Of a stretch of 64,000 bases of DNA, positions 1 to 28,710 are shown one piece after another. The DNA lies in assembly GCA_030141605.1 (NCBI GenBank), contig JAQGDQ010000212.1:310001-374000 (forward strand). Direction: 5' to 3'. Source of the stretch: Tubiluchus corallicola. Its lineage: Eukaryota > Animalia > Priapulida. The notes under the pieces were generated by a model. That model saw only the letters and a list, made by a program, of their open reading frames with translations, made no database searches and had not been told where the DNA came from. Position numbers and translations under genes: made by a program. The stretch's first letter is position 1. Each line of letters starts with the position of its first letter.

Positions 1-323
1 GAGATACACAGGTGCTCAAGAATTCAATCTATCATATCTAGAGTGGTGCTTGTCAGCTACACAGTTTTCATCTGCATATTTTTCTAAACAAAGAAGCACT
101 GTATTGTTGTTTTTGAAGCCCCTGAGTTAAATTAGGTAGAAAAATTAAAATGCTTAAAATACTTGTACCTATTTTGGCATAATTGGTTTTGCACTGCTTG
201 TGTAGTTCTTTACCCAAAAACAAACGTTCTTATTAAGTGATTTGTTAGTTTAATTTTTGGCTTTAGCTTGTTTTTTGTTGTTGTTGTTATCCATCTTTCT
301 CTTTCTAAGACTATAGTACTAAT

Positions 324-326
<3 letters not shown>

Positions 327-377
<51 letters not shown>
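327..377. repeat. (CA)n microsatellite
   Basis: Uninterrupted CA run. Confidence 0.97.
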
Positions 378-383
<6 letters not shown>

Positions 384-504
384 CGTCAGACTCTAATACG
401 TCACTCCTAACAGACCAACAGTACGCCGACGATATTGGGTGGATTAGTATTTCAAAATTCCACACAGATGCCGTTAAAGGACAACCCTACCCATTCTTAA
501 ATAT

Positions 505-1075
505 ATTAAAATACTTACAAGGGAAGGTAGACTATTTATAGGCATAAAGATAAACTGGCTTGGAAAAACAAAACAGAAATTATATTTTATATTTACAAGG
601 GTAGGCAGACTGTTTATTGAAACAAAGCTAAACTGGCCCTTAAAGAACAAAACAGAAATTATCACTTTTTATATTTACACGGGTAGGCAAGTTATTTATA
701 GAGACAAAGCTAGACTGGCCTTGGAAAGGATAAACAGAAATTATCATTTTTTTATATTTACAAAGCTAGGTAGACTATTATAGACACAAAACTAAATTGG
801 CCTTGGAAAGAGCAAGACAGAAAACTCATAACTGTTTTTACATCTGCATGCGTACGTAGGCTATTTTTGATACAAAGATAAAAAGTTGCCTGGGAAAAAC
901 AGATATTATCACTTTTTTACACTTGCAGTGGTACGCATATACACTTGCACAGTTATACTCGTATACAGCAAATACCTGGCCTTGACAAAACGGCGCAGAA
1001 ATTATCATTTTTACACCACAAATAAAGTGACGAGAGGCCTTGAAAAAAAGGAACAGAAATTATCATTTTTACATC
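505..1075. repeat. Degenerate ~80-bp minisatellite, about 7 units
   Basis: CTGGCCTTGGAAA...AACAGAAATTATCATTTTT...TTTACA recurs near 555, 633, 715, 797, 885, 976 and 1035. Confidence 0.75.
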
Positions 1076-1147
1076 AATGAGGTGACGGACCATATTACAC
1101 ATATCAGAGTCCACATTAATGTGTGTAATAGATTGTCTTAATTAGTG

Positions 1148-1981
1148 AGTATTCTACTGAAAAGTGTCTTCTTAATGCTCAAACAGAAAGTGGAATGTCT
1201 TTTCATAATCTCAAAATAGATTTTGCTATAAAAATGTTTCACCGAACGGCTGAGCTAACGATAAGAATAACTTTGGTTGCTGACCAGAAAGTTCCGTCGA
1301 TGCATTATAGGTTTTACACGTCAAATGTAGACACACGAAAGTTCAAATGTGACTCAGTAAAGTCAAATGTAGACATAGGAATTTCGAATGGGTTTTGGTA
1401 ACTCAAATGTGACTTAGGTAAGTCAAATGTAGATGTGGTACTTTGAATAAATCGGTAATTAATTCATTTAAGTGCAAATTAACCAAGTTAAAATTATATT
1501 TTATGGTCATGGTGCTATCGGCAGCATCAATTTTTATTATATTTAATTGATTTACAACTATTTGTATGGACGTTAATACATTTTTCAAATGTAAAGAAAA
1601 TGTTTATTTGATAAGAACACTTAAGTGTTGTACATACGTTAACAATTTACTTGACATGTGTCTGCATTTGACTTACCAAAAACGCTTAATATTTTTTGAA
1701 AGCCATTGTTAACACATTTGCTAAGTCTACATTTGAGTTAGGAAGACACATTTGAATTACCTAAACCTACATTTGAGTTTACATTTGACATTTAAAAGCT
1801 ATAATAGACCTTATTGCATCGATGGAACTTTCTGATCAGCAGCCAAAGTTATTCTTATCCTTAGCTCAGCTGATGAGCCCCGTTCGGTGAAATCTTTTTA
1901 TAACAAAATCTATTTTGAGATTATGAAAAGACATTCCACTTTCTGTTTCAGCATAAAGAAGACACTTTTCAGTAGAATACT
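1148..1981. mobile_element. Foldback/MITE-like element with long terminal inverted repeats
   Basis: 1148-~1310 (AGTATTCTACTGAAAAGTGTCTTC...GTTCCGTCGATGCA) is the reverse complement of ~1815-1981. Inner CAAATGT sub-repeats on the left mirror ACATTTG on the right. No coding capacity. Confidence 0.85.
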
Positions 1982-2181
1982 AATGATAAAACATTGAAAA
2001 TGTTTGAGAAAAATAAATTAAATCTCATCATGTTTTCGTACGTTGCTGCATTATGTTTGAATTTTTTTTATAAAGTTGAGATTTCTACAGAGTGTGTCTA
2101 TTACAGACATTGTTCAACACTTTATTGATGTGTCGTTATTGTGTGTTACTAATAGAAGCTCTTGTTTATAAAAGTAGCGAA

Positions 2182-11689
<9,508 letters not shown>

Positions 11690-12499
11690 AATACTTAGTT
11701 TTAATAGACTTTTGTTGAGTCGTTTTTATAACATAATATAATAGATCTTATATTAAAAATATGTAGTAAATCGTGTAAAGTTAGTCGGTGAAAATACTTT
11801 TGCCTTAATATGAATTTTAGTATCATAATCTGTAATTTCACTTTTCGATAATCAGCTTATATGACAAGCCACTTCTTTTATTATACATTGTACGAATAGG
11901 TTGATATATATGTCTTTTGGAATCAGCGCCATCTACTGATCAAAGTTGCAAACTCACTGTTCCCTTTATACGTATGCTTCTTTACAGGCATGGCAATATT
12001 AACTCAAACTTTTATGTAATAGTACTAATGGGCCAGGATTTGTCTATTAAACTGCGGAAATTACAATTACTCTTACAATTACAATTTTGAAGAATTACCT
12101 TTAATAACATAAAGGTAATTTTTCGAAATCAGTTGAATACGTCTCGTGGATTTTTGTCATGCAGTTTCTTTTGCATAATTAGTTTCGCAAAAGGCCAATC
12201 ACGTGCTTGAAAGTGTACATAAACTTGTAATCAAATACGTGAGATAACCATTTTTCATGAATCAGCACGTTTATTAAGCACAGATGATCGTTTTGGCTTA
12301 TCAATAATTTTCAATGCTATAAATCAAGCCAAAAGGATCACTATGGCTTTTTTGGATTAATTTATAGAATTGAAAATGACTGCTAAGTAGAAACGATCGT
12401 TTACGCTTATTAATGCTGTTAGATGTAATCAATAATAGTAAAAATGGTTATTATTATTAGTTTATTATTTAATTAGGTTCTCTAAATGTTGTGTGAACA

Positions 12500-13010
12500 T
12501 GAAAATATTGTAGGCCCTATGCATGTAAATTTTATGTATGTGCCATATGATGCATCATTTCCAATACAACTACACATTTTAAAGGTTGCTCAATAATGCA
12601 TTTCATAGGCTCTTCAACAGCTTGGGAAGATGCACCACAAGTGAAAAATTTGTAAATTTTAATATTCCTAACTATGATGCTATTACAATAAAGATAACAG
12701 GATCATTTATACATGAACTGACAGAACTACCTAATCATATTTTTGATAAACTGTATGCTTACTCATCATATAGTAAAACAATTGTATATGGACGTATTAG
12801 TACAGACTATATTTTGCCTTGTGTAAACAACATTTTTTATCTTTTTAAATAGGTAGCTTTTATTGTGTTTTCTGTCTGGGCACGTATGTATATATGTAAA
12901 TATTTTAGTAGCGTCTATTATGATTTTTATGATCTACCTGGGGATTGAGAGAATTTTATATAATGCTATGTACTTTTCAAAGGACAAAATAAAGTTAAAA
13001 TAAATAAATA
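12500..13010 (+). mobile_element. LINE 3'-end remnant
   Basis: ORF 12586 (NNAFHRLFN...SEKFVNFNIPNYDAI) resembles the C-terminus of the LINEs at 4323-4637 and 62354-62572; ends in AATAAA plus (TAAA)n. Confidence 0.55.
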
Positions 13011-13619
13011 ACTGATAAATTAGTACCTTTTTAGATGGGCGTTTAGGTTGGCATGCAGTCGTTTAGACATTCATTACCTGTATCTTATATGCTAATTTCT
13101 TGCTATAAACTTTTACATACTTTTAAGATTGAGTTGTCGGTTATAAAAAGATTGTTGCAACAAAGTGTAAAAGCTTGCGTTTTCAAATTTCACCTGTAGA
13201 TTGTACAACGTTTTTGACAACAGTCAATGTTAAATTTTACATATTAGGTTTGATTTGTTGAATATGTAAGGATTTACTATGACAAATAGTTAGCAACCTT
13301 TTACTTATACAGTGGCTTCGTCTTATCTTCTTTATATGTAGTACATTAGAGTGGAGAAGTGCACACAACGCACAGTGGCTCCATCTTGTCTTCTCTATAT
13401 GTACTATATTATAAAAAGAACTGTACATACAATATTCATACACTGCAACACCTACATGAGAAAAACAAACAAACATTACCATTCGCGCTATCACTTAAAA
13501 TTACATTTTTATAATTCATTCATACGACGTACTATAAAATAAGCATCAAAGTCCATACACAAGAGCAAAGTGGAGCGAAGATTTTCATGTACTGAAAAGT
13601 AAGTTGGACACGAGTCAAA

Positions 13620-20429
<6,810 letters not shown>

Positions 20430-21519
20430 AATAGTGCCACTCAGTGATAATAGCATTTTGTTGAGCTGTTCTTATATTAGTAAGTATGCAGTAAAGTTAT
20501 TTTGTGAAAATATTTTTGTCTTAATATGAATTTTAGTATCATGATGTGTAATTTTGCTGTTTAATAATTACGTAGACAGCCTCAAATTACTCTCACATTG
20601 CAGTGTGCGAATTGTCTGAAATACCTGGCGGAACACTTAACCAACGCGACCTACTAAGCAAAACTGCATGTTCGTTGTACTTTTACCATTTAAATTATTA
20701 CTTATTGTACATTTCCACTTGCTGCTTTACAACTTTATTCTGTTAATTCACGTAAACAAAACAAAATAAAAACATGTTTCATTACACCAACGTGAACTGT
20801 TTAAAAGTGTTTATAATATAAAATCAAAAAGAGCATTTTCGTTGTTGTTTGTACTTCATCTTTTTCCCATGAAAAAGGCACCTACATAAGTACGATTTTC
20901 ATTACTATTATTATAAACATATTTAAGGATTACAACAATCATATATTAGTTCTGCTGGTATATATATATATACCACATATATATATATACAACATATATA
21001 TATATCGCATATATTAATTCTACTGGTATAAGATTCGACGACGGCACCATTTGCGGCGATCTATACATCAAACGAAAGGTCTCGATCTAGTGTGGGTGCC
21101 ATTGGAGGTTTATTTTTCGAATCGTGCCCACAGGGACGAACAGGGGGCAAAAATCCTCCAAAAATGGCCATTTTCGGCCGTTTTTTGCAAAAGTTATACG
21201 TCTGAGATCTGGAGAACGGGAACGGGCCATGGGTGGTGCTGGGTATGGATAGATAGCCCGTTCAGCGGTGGGTGTCATAGGCGTATTTAGAATTTGCGAG
21301 AGGGCCACAGCATCCCGCAACGGGCGATTTCCCGGATCCAACTCGCGGTTTTTTCGAAATTTTGACCAAACAGCATGCGGAAAAAACGTTCTAGCGGCGC
21401 CTGGTGGGACTCTTGGAAGGAGATATGGGCAAAGCCATTGTTTTGACGTCATCAATTATACTCTGCCTATAGCTTTAATTCAGTAAAAGCTGCTGCTACT
21501 GGCTTTGCGTTATAAGTGA

Positions 21520-22445
21520 CAAGATGTTCAACAGATGTTAAATTGGTACACGTGCACCAGGCGTTAGAATAGTACACATTCTATAGGTGTTAGACTGGTA
21601 CACCTTCAAATAGGTGTTAAAGTGGTACACGCTCAACAGATGCTAGACTGATACACATTTGTCGCTTATTGTACGCGATTGTGGTATTATGTAATCTATT
21701 TAATTGTCAGTTTTCTACAAATGTTTTTTAGCTGCAGCCTCAATATGCCTCCTCATCTCCTCGTTTCCATGACTACTGAAAATTAGAAAGTTTGGAAGAG
21801 AAGCAACTAGTGAGCTTAATGTATTCTGCTATATAAGAAGCCAAGTAGATTTGATTTTGGTTTAACATGTAGAGTATAGGTGACCTTTGCATGAATTAAT
21901 GTACCTTCTAATAGGAACTTGTATGTCTGGTCATGTGATTAGAGCTTTATTCTCCCAGGCATGCAAGTTCCAGTTGGTCTTGAGACAGCATTTGGATAGG
22001 TTGAAAGTTTTCTACTGTAGTGGTATCATAATGTGTCATAAAAGTTTATAATCTGTGAACATTGTACATTTTGCAATAATTTTGTTACAAGTTTTTTACA
22101 ACATTCAACACGTGTTAGACTGGTATATGTTCAAAAGATGTTAAACTGGTACACCTTCAAACAGGTGTTAAACTGGTACACGCTCAACAGATGTTAAACT
22201 GGTACACGTGCAACAGGCGTTAGAATAGTACACATTCTATAGGTGTTAGACTGGTACACCTTCAAATAGGTGTTAAAGTGGTACACGCTCAACAGATGCT
22301 AGACTGGTACACATTCAACACTTGTTAGACTGGTATATGTTCAAAAGATGTTAAACTGGTACACGTGCAACAGGCGTTAGACTAGTGCACGTTCAACTGG
22401 TGCTAGACTGGTACACGTTTAACAGGTGTTGGACTGGTACACGTT
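21520..22445. repeat. 26-bp minisatellite, copy A (interrupted by an insertion)
   Basis: Unit ~ACTGGTACACGTTCAACAGGTGTTAG; also at 38035-38290 and 53255-53825. Confidence 0.92.
21660..22100. mobile_element. Probable solo LTR (441 bp)
   Basis: TGT...ACA termini with a 5-bp duplication ACATT (21655-21659, 22101-22105). The paralogous arrays show the empty site ACACATTCAACA. Confidence 0.75.
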
Positions 22446-22836
22446 TGCGATAAAGACTATAAAAATTATTCAAATGGTTATGTTAAATTTCATCCTCCTA
22501 CTTCGAATTTAGAGCTACTTTTAACAGAAAATTAAACATAAATTTTATTCGACATTTTTAAAAGATTTATTTTTTCTTTTTTTATTTACAATTGTTGCAT
22601 GTGTGCTGTTCTGTGATTCCCTGAAATGAAATAAAACGAATAAACAAATAAACGTCCAGAAATTTTGATCGTTTTGATATGTCAACTGGCAGGTACAGCT
22701 CGTAGTCAGGCGTCAAAATTTTTAATTTGAAAAAAGTTTGTTGACAATAATTTGTTACGGTCCTGATAACAAAGCCCAAAAAAATGTTGGAGCAGGCGGA
22801 GGATATGTATTAAAATAATGGTGATGTTGTCAGTGA

Positions 22837-25800
22837 TCAAATTAATCTGTTTGCAGCTAGATAAGAACAAGAGAGCAAAAGAAAGGCTTCCTTGGTCGAC
22901 CGACTGGCTCTACTGACGAGGATAATTGTCTCATTTAGAGGACAGATATATGTGTAAAGTTTGTCCGGATCACTACCATTTCGACTAATTACGCAGTCGA
23001 AATTAGGCTGAATTTTTTTCTCTTCAACTATCCATTCCATTACACAGTTGCAGACAAACTTGGTTTCTGTAACAAGAAAGTTTTTAAACCAGGTAATGAG
23101 TTGGAAGGAATAAAGATAGAAAATAAGAAGCAGGATCACTACGCCACATCTCAAACTAAGCATACAGACAGACATACAGATAGACATGAAAATCCCGTAT
23201 GTCACTAGCTAGCAGGCCAGAAACTGGACATTTTGCTAAATATCGTACCTAACTGAAAGCGTTCAGTTTTGTGTACTGTGTTTCCTATCGGTAAAACATG
23301 TCAAAAATGTGAAAACTGTAAAAACTAGTTCTCGTTGACAAATGCGTGGTTTGTTTGATATCTCGCACTTCCTATTATCTGACAATAAATGACAAAACTT
23401 ATAAGTACCCACTGACGTATGCTGTGGTAACAAGTTTACCACAAATTATCCATACACTCAAAAACAATAATATTTAGCTGAAATTCAACTGGAATAACTC
23501 CCTGATGTTCGCATGACACGTGCGCATATCTGAACCCGGGTTAGCGCGGGGAGGGGGGTTACTAAATAAATAAAAATAAATTGTTTGAAATGTGACTAAT
23601 TTCGAAATAAACTTCTTGGTTCTTGTTGTGCAGTGTTTAATTAACCTTAAAAAAACAAAAACAAATGTTAGTACTAGTTGACAATATTTCTGACGTGGCC
23701 AGAAACTCAAGATTTTGCAACAATGGTTACAAATTTGAGCCTTAAAAATGAAGAGATGACAGTTTTTCTTGAAACAGCTTATTCTCTTTTATTGAATTCA
23801 CCTTGCTTGAATACATAGGAAGTGCATTTCATAATGAAACCTCAGCCCATCAACCACGGGTCTAAGGCCAACCAATCTCGGCATAACTCATATCATTCAG
23901 TTTGTCCCATTGAGACCTTTCATTTGATGTACAACATGCATGCTAGATCTTGGAATACTTTTGGTAGACCCCGGAAAGCATTTGTCTCTTCGAACCCTTT
24001 TTTCCCCAATAAGGTCACAGGTTAACGACTCACACTGTAACCTATACCATTCGATTCGCCTCATCAAGACCTTTCATTTGATGTGTTACATGGTACTATT
24101 CGTTAGACACTCGATGAATTTCTGTTCCTGACCCCTACTGGGGTCAAAGATCAACTAGTTTCGGCATAATTTAAACCATTCGGTTTGTCCCTTGTCCCAT
24201 CGAGACCTTTCATTTGATATGCTACAAGCTAGTTCCGGTCGAACACGTCAAACAACTTTGGCATGGTAACTATATGCCAAATATTGTGGCCCTAGCTCAA
24301 AAACTATGGGAGCAGATGGATCCTAAAGAAAATAAATGAAGAAATGACTGCTCCGTGACCTTTCACCCGGCAACTCGGGTGACATGTATGCGTGGATACC
24401 TTTGCTCTGAATGTACTCTGTGGGTTTTGTATCTCTAGCCTTCAGCATGCAAAAGGTCACCAATTTAGGGACCCAAATTTTGCATTTTGGCCCTTCACTT
24501 GGGCGTTTAAAGCTTGTCGGCTTTTTAAAACCCCAGGTGCACATCTACACTACAGTACCCAAATACTTGTGAAAAAAATGGAAAAAACGAAAGCAATAGG
24601 AGTTGAATCAAGGAAAAACTGACTAACGCCCATGTCCTTCGCCCTTGACCAGTGGTCAGCGGTCAACATGCTGTTGTACGCCCCCCGCCCAGGGATACCC
24701 ACTCTGTGAATTTGGTGACCTTAGCTTGCAAGGCTTAACAGTTATTAAGCGTTAAAGTTGCGGAGAATAAATAATAAATCATATGATTAATAATAACCGG
24801 GTGAAAAACAGTAATATAGTTTTCGATATAAAAATTTTCGATGTTTTACAGTCAAAAAATCACAGGACAAATGATATTTTGGGGGAAGTCTGTCCCATAT
24901 TTTTTTAGCATTCGCTCAGATTTAGGGCAATTTTCTTTCTGTCCTGGCTTGTACGCCTATGTAAGACAATGAGTAATAACTAGGCAATAACCTGTACATA
25001 ACATTTACAAAGCATAGAAAATAAACAGTACATAAAACATTTTCCAGTCCTTGCAAGAAGCAATTTCGGTTCCGTAGATATTTCATTTTTTTGAAGATGG
25101 TAGCTCTCTAAATGCGGTCCAGTGTCTTTAGTACAGGCTAATAGATTCACAATATTCGTTTCGTGCGGATAACTAGTCAGAATACCACATTTAACGCTGG
25201 TAAACAGCCCAGAAAACGAACATTTTAGTTCAGCAGTGGCCGCCATATTGAATGCTGGAGGCCAATCCTGTCGGTAGTTTAACCAATGTGCTGGCCAGGC
25301 CCCTAGTTGCCAAAGATGAATATTTATGACGTTTTGAAGTATTTTGACAAGATTTGACAACTCAGGTTTACCTACACGATGCTTTTTGACGAACGTTGTT
25401 ACCTATATTTTCACCCTGATGAATGCCTCTTTCAGGGGTCATTTAGAATAGGGTGGAAATTCGCTCCATCGAAATTATCACTGCAGCATAGTGGGATGGG
25501 ATGCTCTATTCACATACATATCGATATGTTTGTCCAACGCAGTGGGTGAGATATAAGACTGAAATGACTGAGTATTTGCATCTGCATCGTATGCATAACG
25601 CGAGCTAGAAGATCCCCTGTAGAGCCGAAAGAGGGGGGTTTGGGACAAAAGTCATCAAGTCATTTTGGAGAAGATAACAAGATTCAATACTGTGCAGAGT
25701 CAGATCTATTCAAACACAGTAGTTGCTGCATGACTAATCCTTCAAATATGAGTAAAAAATAGAGAAAAATAGGTATTTTTTCATGAATTTCGGCCTATGC

Positions 25801-26755
25801 CGTACCTCTGCTACTATGAGGAGTTGGGCCAAGCGGATTCATATAGTGAATACTAGTGACTAGTGGACCTCATACGCGAACTTTGGTCTGAATCGGTTTA
25901 CCTAACCTTGTGCCGTATTTTTCCGATTTTGCATGGTCTTCTCGCGGACGTGTTCTTAATTCGTTTTACCTTAATTGTTGGCTAGTCTTATAAATTGTGT
26001 TTTTAAAATTTGCCCCAAAACAAGCAGGACAAAGATTTGAAATTATAGTTTTGCTACTAAAATTTTCTAGGAATTGCGAATATACCTTTCATTTCTAGGA
26101 TGACACCTCTTGTTGCATTCAGATTTCGAGGTCTTTTAGGAAGATGTATTTTAAAATTGTCAACATCATGTAAACCGGTGTGAGCTATAACAATGTTCTT
26201 AATGTTTTGGTTTTCGGAAAGGTCTAAGTCTACTTTCTGCAGCCAAGGAGCATGTATTATTTCAAGACGTTCCATGGATTTCACCTCTTTGAAAGCGTCT
26301 GCAGCAATCCACTGAAGCTTCTCGTTCCACATCAACTTCAGTATGGTAGCTTGAGCACAAATACGCTTTGACTCAAGAGCCTGTAACTTGGATTGAATTA
26401 TCTCCAATGTACTGAAAAGCTTTTCTCTTAGATAACATTTCGGAAGTGCGTTAGGAAGTATATTGTAAAGCTGCAACTGCTTTGTCTCCGATTTCAAGTC
26501 CCTGAATATATCATAAAGGTCAGTGTCGCCTAAATTAAGCTTCTTTCCACAGGTCATTTTGCAAGGAAGTTCAATTTCATAGGAACACAGCCGATCATTG
26601 AGTTCACCGCAATGCTTTTCATCGCCCACCTCGCGTAAATGCCGTTTCAAAACATCAGACTCAAAAAACCCTTGGAGAGCAAAACTGGAATAAGATATTG
26701 AAAGGCCAACAAAGTGAACAAACGCCATCCATAAAATGGACTGCGCATGCAACAT
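22837..26755 (-). CDS. Secreted/putatively GPI-anchored leucine-rich-repeat protein, copy A; 2 exons, 299 aa
   Basis: Exon 1 26755-26086 (donor AAAG|GTATAT), exon 2 23066-22837 (acceptor TTCTTGTTACAG|), phase 1 to 1. Hydrophobic N-terminus; Cys-rich cap; LRR-like units (QLQLYNI, TLEIIQSKL, ILKLMWNEKLQWIAADAF, RLEIIHAPWL, NIVIAHTGL); splicing creates LRRCT-like LEMKETKFVCNCVMEWI; C-terminal SRASRS plus hydrophobic tail. Confidence 0.8.
23408..25495. mobile_element. Composite intronic insertion, putative DNA transposon derivative with imperfect TIRs
   Basis: Present in the LRR introns of A and C (54837-57284), absent in B. Ends CCCACTGACGTATGCTG ... CAGCATAGTGGG. The middle (23540-24830) differs from C and has repeated GAGACCTTTCATTTGAT motifs. 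Confidence 0.5.
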
Positions 26756-27964
26756 GATGAAACCAGCAAATCAACATTTCAGGGTTGAATTCTGACAGCG
26801 ATGACTTTAGTTGCCTTTGAGCACGGAAGTGTGTGCAACACTTAGTGACAGAGAAAACAGCAGTTTTCGAATATTTCGATTTCCTGCGTCATAATGCAAT
26901 TGCGACTGATGTAATAACAATTTGAACATAAAAGTCAAAATACTAAACACAAGAAGCAAAGTGTATAAAGAGGAAGTGACGAAAGCCGTCTATTGTTACG
27001 TATTTCGCTTTTGCGATTAGCGGCTATTCTGGCGGCGAATCAGTAAAAAAAATTGAGGCGCATTGACTGTAATAATAATATTCTTAAGTTCACCAATAAT
27101 GTTGGCATACGCTCAATTTTGATAAGCTAAAATCACTTTTGCATTTTTAATAAAATAAGTATATCTCAATTAAAAGCAACTATTAGTTTAAAAAACTGAA
27201 AACATTTCATGAAAAGGAAAAAAATTGTAGCAATAAGTTTGTATTATGTACTTGCAAATGCCTCTTCAGTTTTCTTGTAAGTAAAATTTTATTGTTTTTC
27301 CTGAGGAAAGAGGCTAGCTGACTGTGTAATGGGCTGCCTACTATGTAAAAAAGTAATGCATTTTTTATTGATTCATTGATTTTTCTCTCCCTCCCTCTCT
27401 TAGAGAGGAGGGAGATACAGAAAGAGAGAGGGCGAGGAAGAGAAACGGTGAAAGTGAGGGAAAGAGAAAGAAAGAGAGACACAGCCAGAGGAGAGGGAGA
27501 GAGACAGAGACACACACACAGAGAGATTCTTCTTTTCCTTTTGTTGAAGGTTCTGCCATTTGTTTCTTGGTCATTTTATTCCAATGCGAGGTAGCGAATT
27601 TGGCACATTAAAAATTGCACCCATTTACGTGCCCTGCAAATAATTACACATATATTATATTGTAGGTTTTTATATAAATAATTCGCACACACACAACAAG
27701 TAATTGCATGATACAGTGCTTCATATATTCAATTCAATTCAAAACGTTCATTTATTTCCATATTCATAATATAACTGAGGCAAGTAAATTTATTTAATTT
27801 TGACAATGGAAATACGGTGGTGAAAGATCAAGAGGGTCAACTAGTCAAGCCATCCTTCAATGGATGTATGTGATTATTGGGATGACACTGTAACTATTTC
27901 AAATTTCTGTGGTTTGTATTCTTTGCAAGAAGCTAGAGAACTGAAATTGAATATGTAAGAATAA

Positions 27965-28710
27965 TGGCGCGCCCAGACTAGAGAGTTCTTTCGCATCTTA
28001 GATAGATGGATAGATAGATATTTTATTTCTGAAAATCAAATTTCCAACATGAGAATTACAAACTCGACGCATACCCAATGGTTTTATCAGTGGGCAGAGC
28101 TCGGGTAATGATTTCCAGATCATACTAACAATTTGACTCAACATTGCTGCACAAGTTATATACACAGATATACAAATTTAGTTGTAAACTCAATGAAGCG
28201 AAAAAAACTATTTACTAAGCATTTGTACACATGTGATAAACAAATATTTTACCTATATGATAATCACAGTGATGCGGTTATGTGTACGCTAACAAAGCTA
28301 TACTATTTAATTCACAAATCTATGCATACAGTCGTAAATGAAATTTCCAATTGACATTAATTCTCCGTCAAATAAATTTGCAATATTACTATAATTTAAC
28401 GTGTACGGTGCTCTATAAATTGCATTTTCATGGCACTCGCACAAAAAATGCTCTTCTGTCTGAATTTCTCCACAAAGACATAGCCTGCGTTCACGAGGTA
28501 CATTTGGCCAACGACCTGTTTCTATAGCTAGATTGTGTGATGAGTCCCTTATTCTTATTGCGCAACTTCTTCTCTGAGAGTAAACTCGGCTTGCCAACTT
28601 CTCTCGCAACTTACTGGAAACTGAGCAAGAGTTGCTGAGAATTCATGCTCAAGTTGACACTCTCAGAGAGAATTTAGGCAGAGAGAGAACTCTCTAGTCT
28701 GAATGCGCCA
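27965..28710. mobile_element. PIF/Harbinger-like MITE interrupted by a LINE fragment
   Basis: TIRs TGGCGCGCCCAGACTAGAGAGTTCT ... AGAACTCTCTAGTCTGAATGCGCCA, flanked by TAA and TTA. Confidence 0.65.
28001..28555 (-). mobile_element. LINE 3' end (C-terminal Cys/His region, UTR and tail)
   Basis: SSHNLAIETGRW...RERRLCLCGEIQTEEHFLCEC, a typical non-LTR ORF2 C-terminus. Minus-strand AATAAA followed by an (ATCT)n tail at ~28001-28028. Confidence 0.85.

Larger units (their letters stand above)
21078..28249. repeat. Segmental duplication unit A (partial)
   Basis: Colinear with ~37072-41070 and ~52295-58936, apart from insertions and deletions. Confidence 0.9.

Noticed and set aside
24980-25360. 126-aa and 145-aa (56712-57149) ORFs in the LRR introns
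   Set aside because: Non-ATG starts, frames diverge between copies, inside a repeat, and no transposase motifs.
26057-26755. Treating the LRR ORFs as complete single-exon genes, or as LGR/glycoprotein-hormone receptor genes
   Set aside because: A conserved donor and an in-phase second exon complete the C-cap in all three copies. No LGR hinge or LGR-type 7TM exons are visible.
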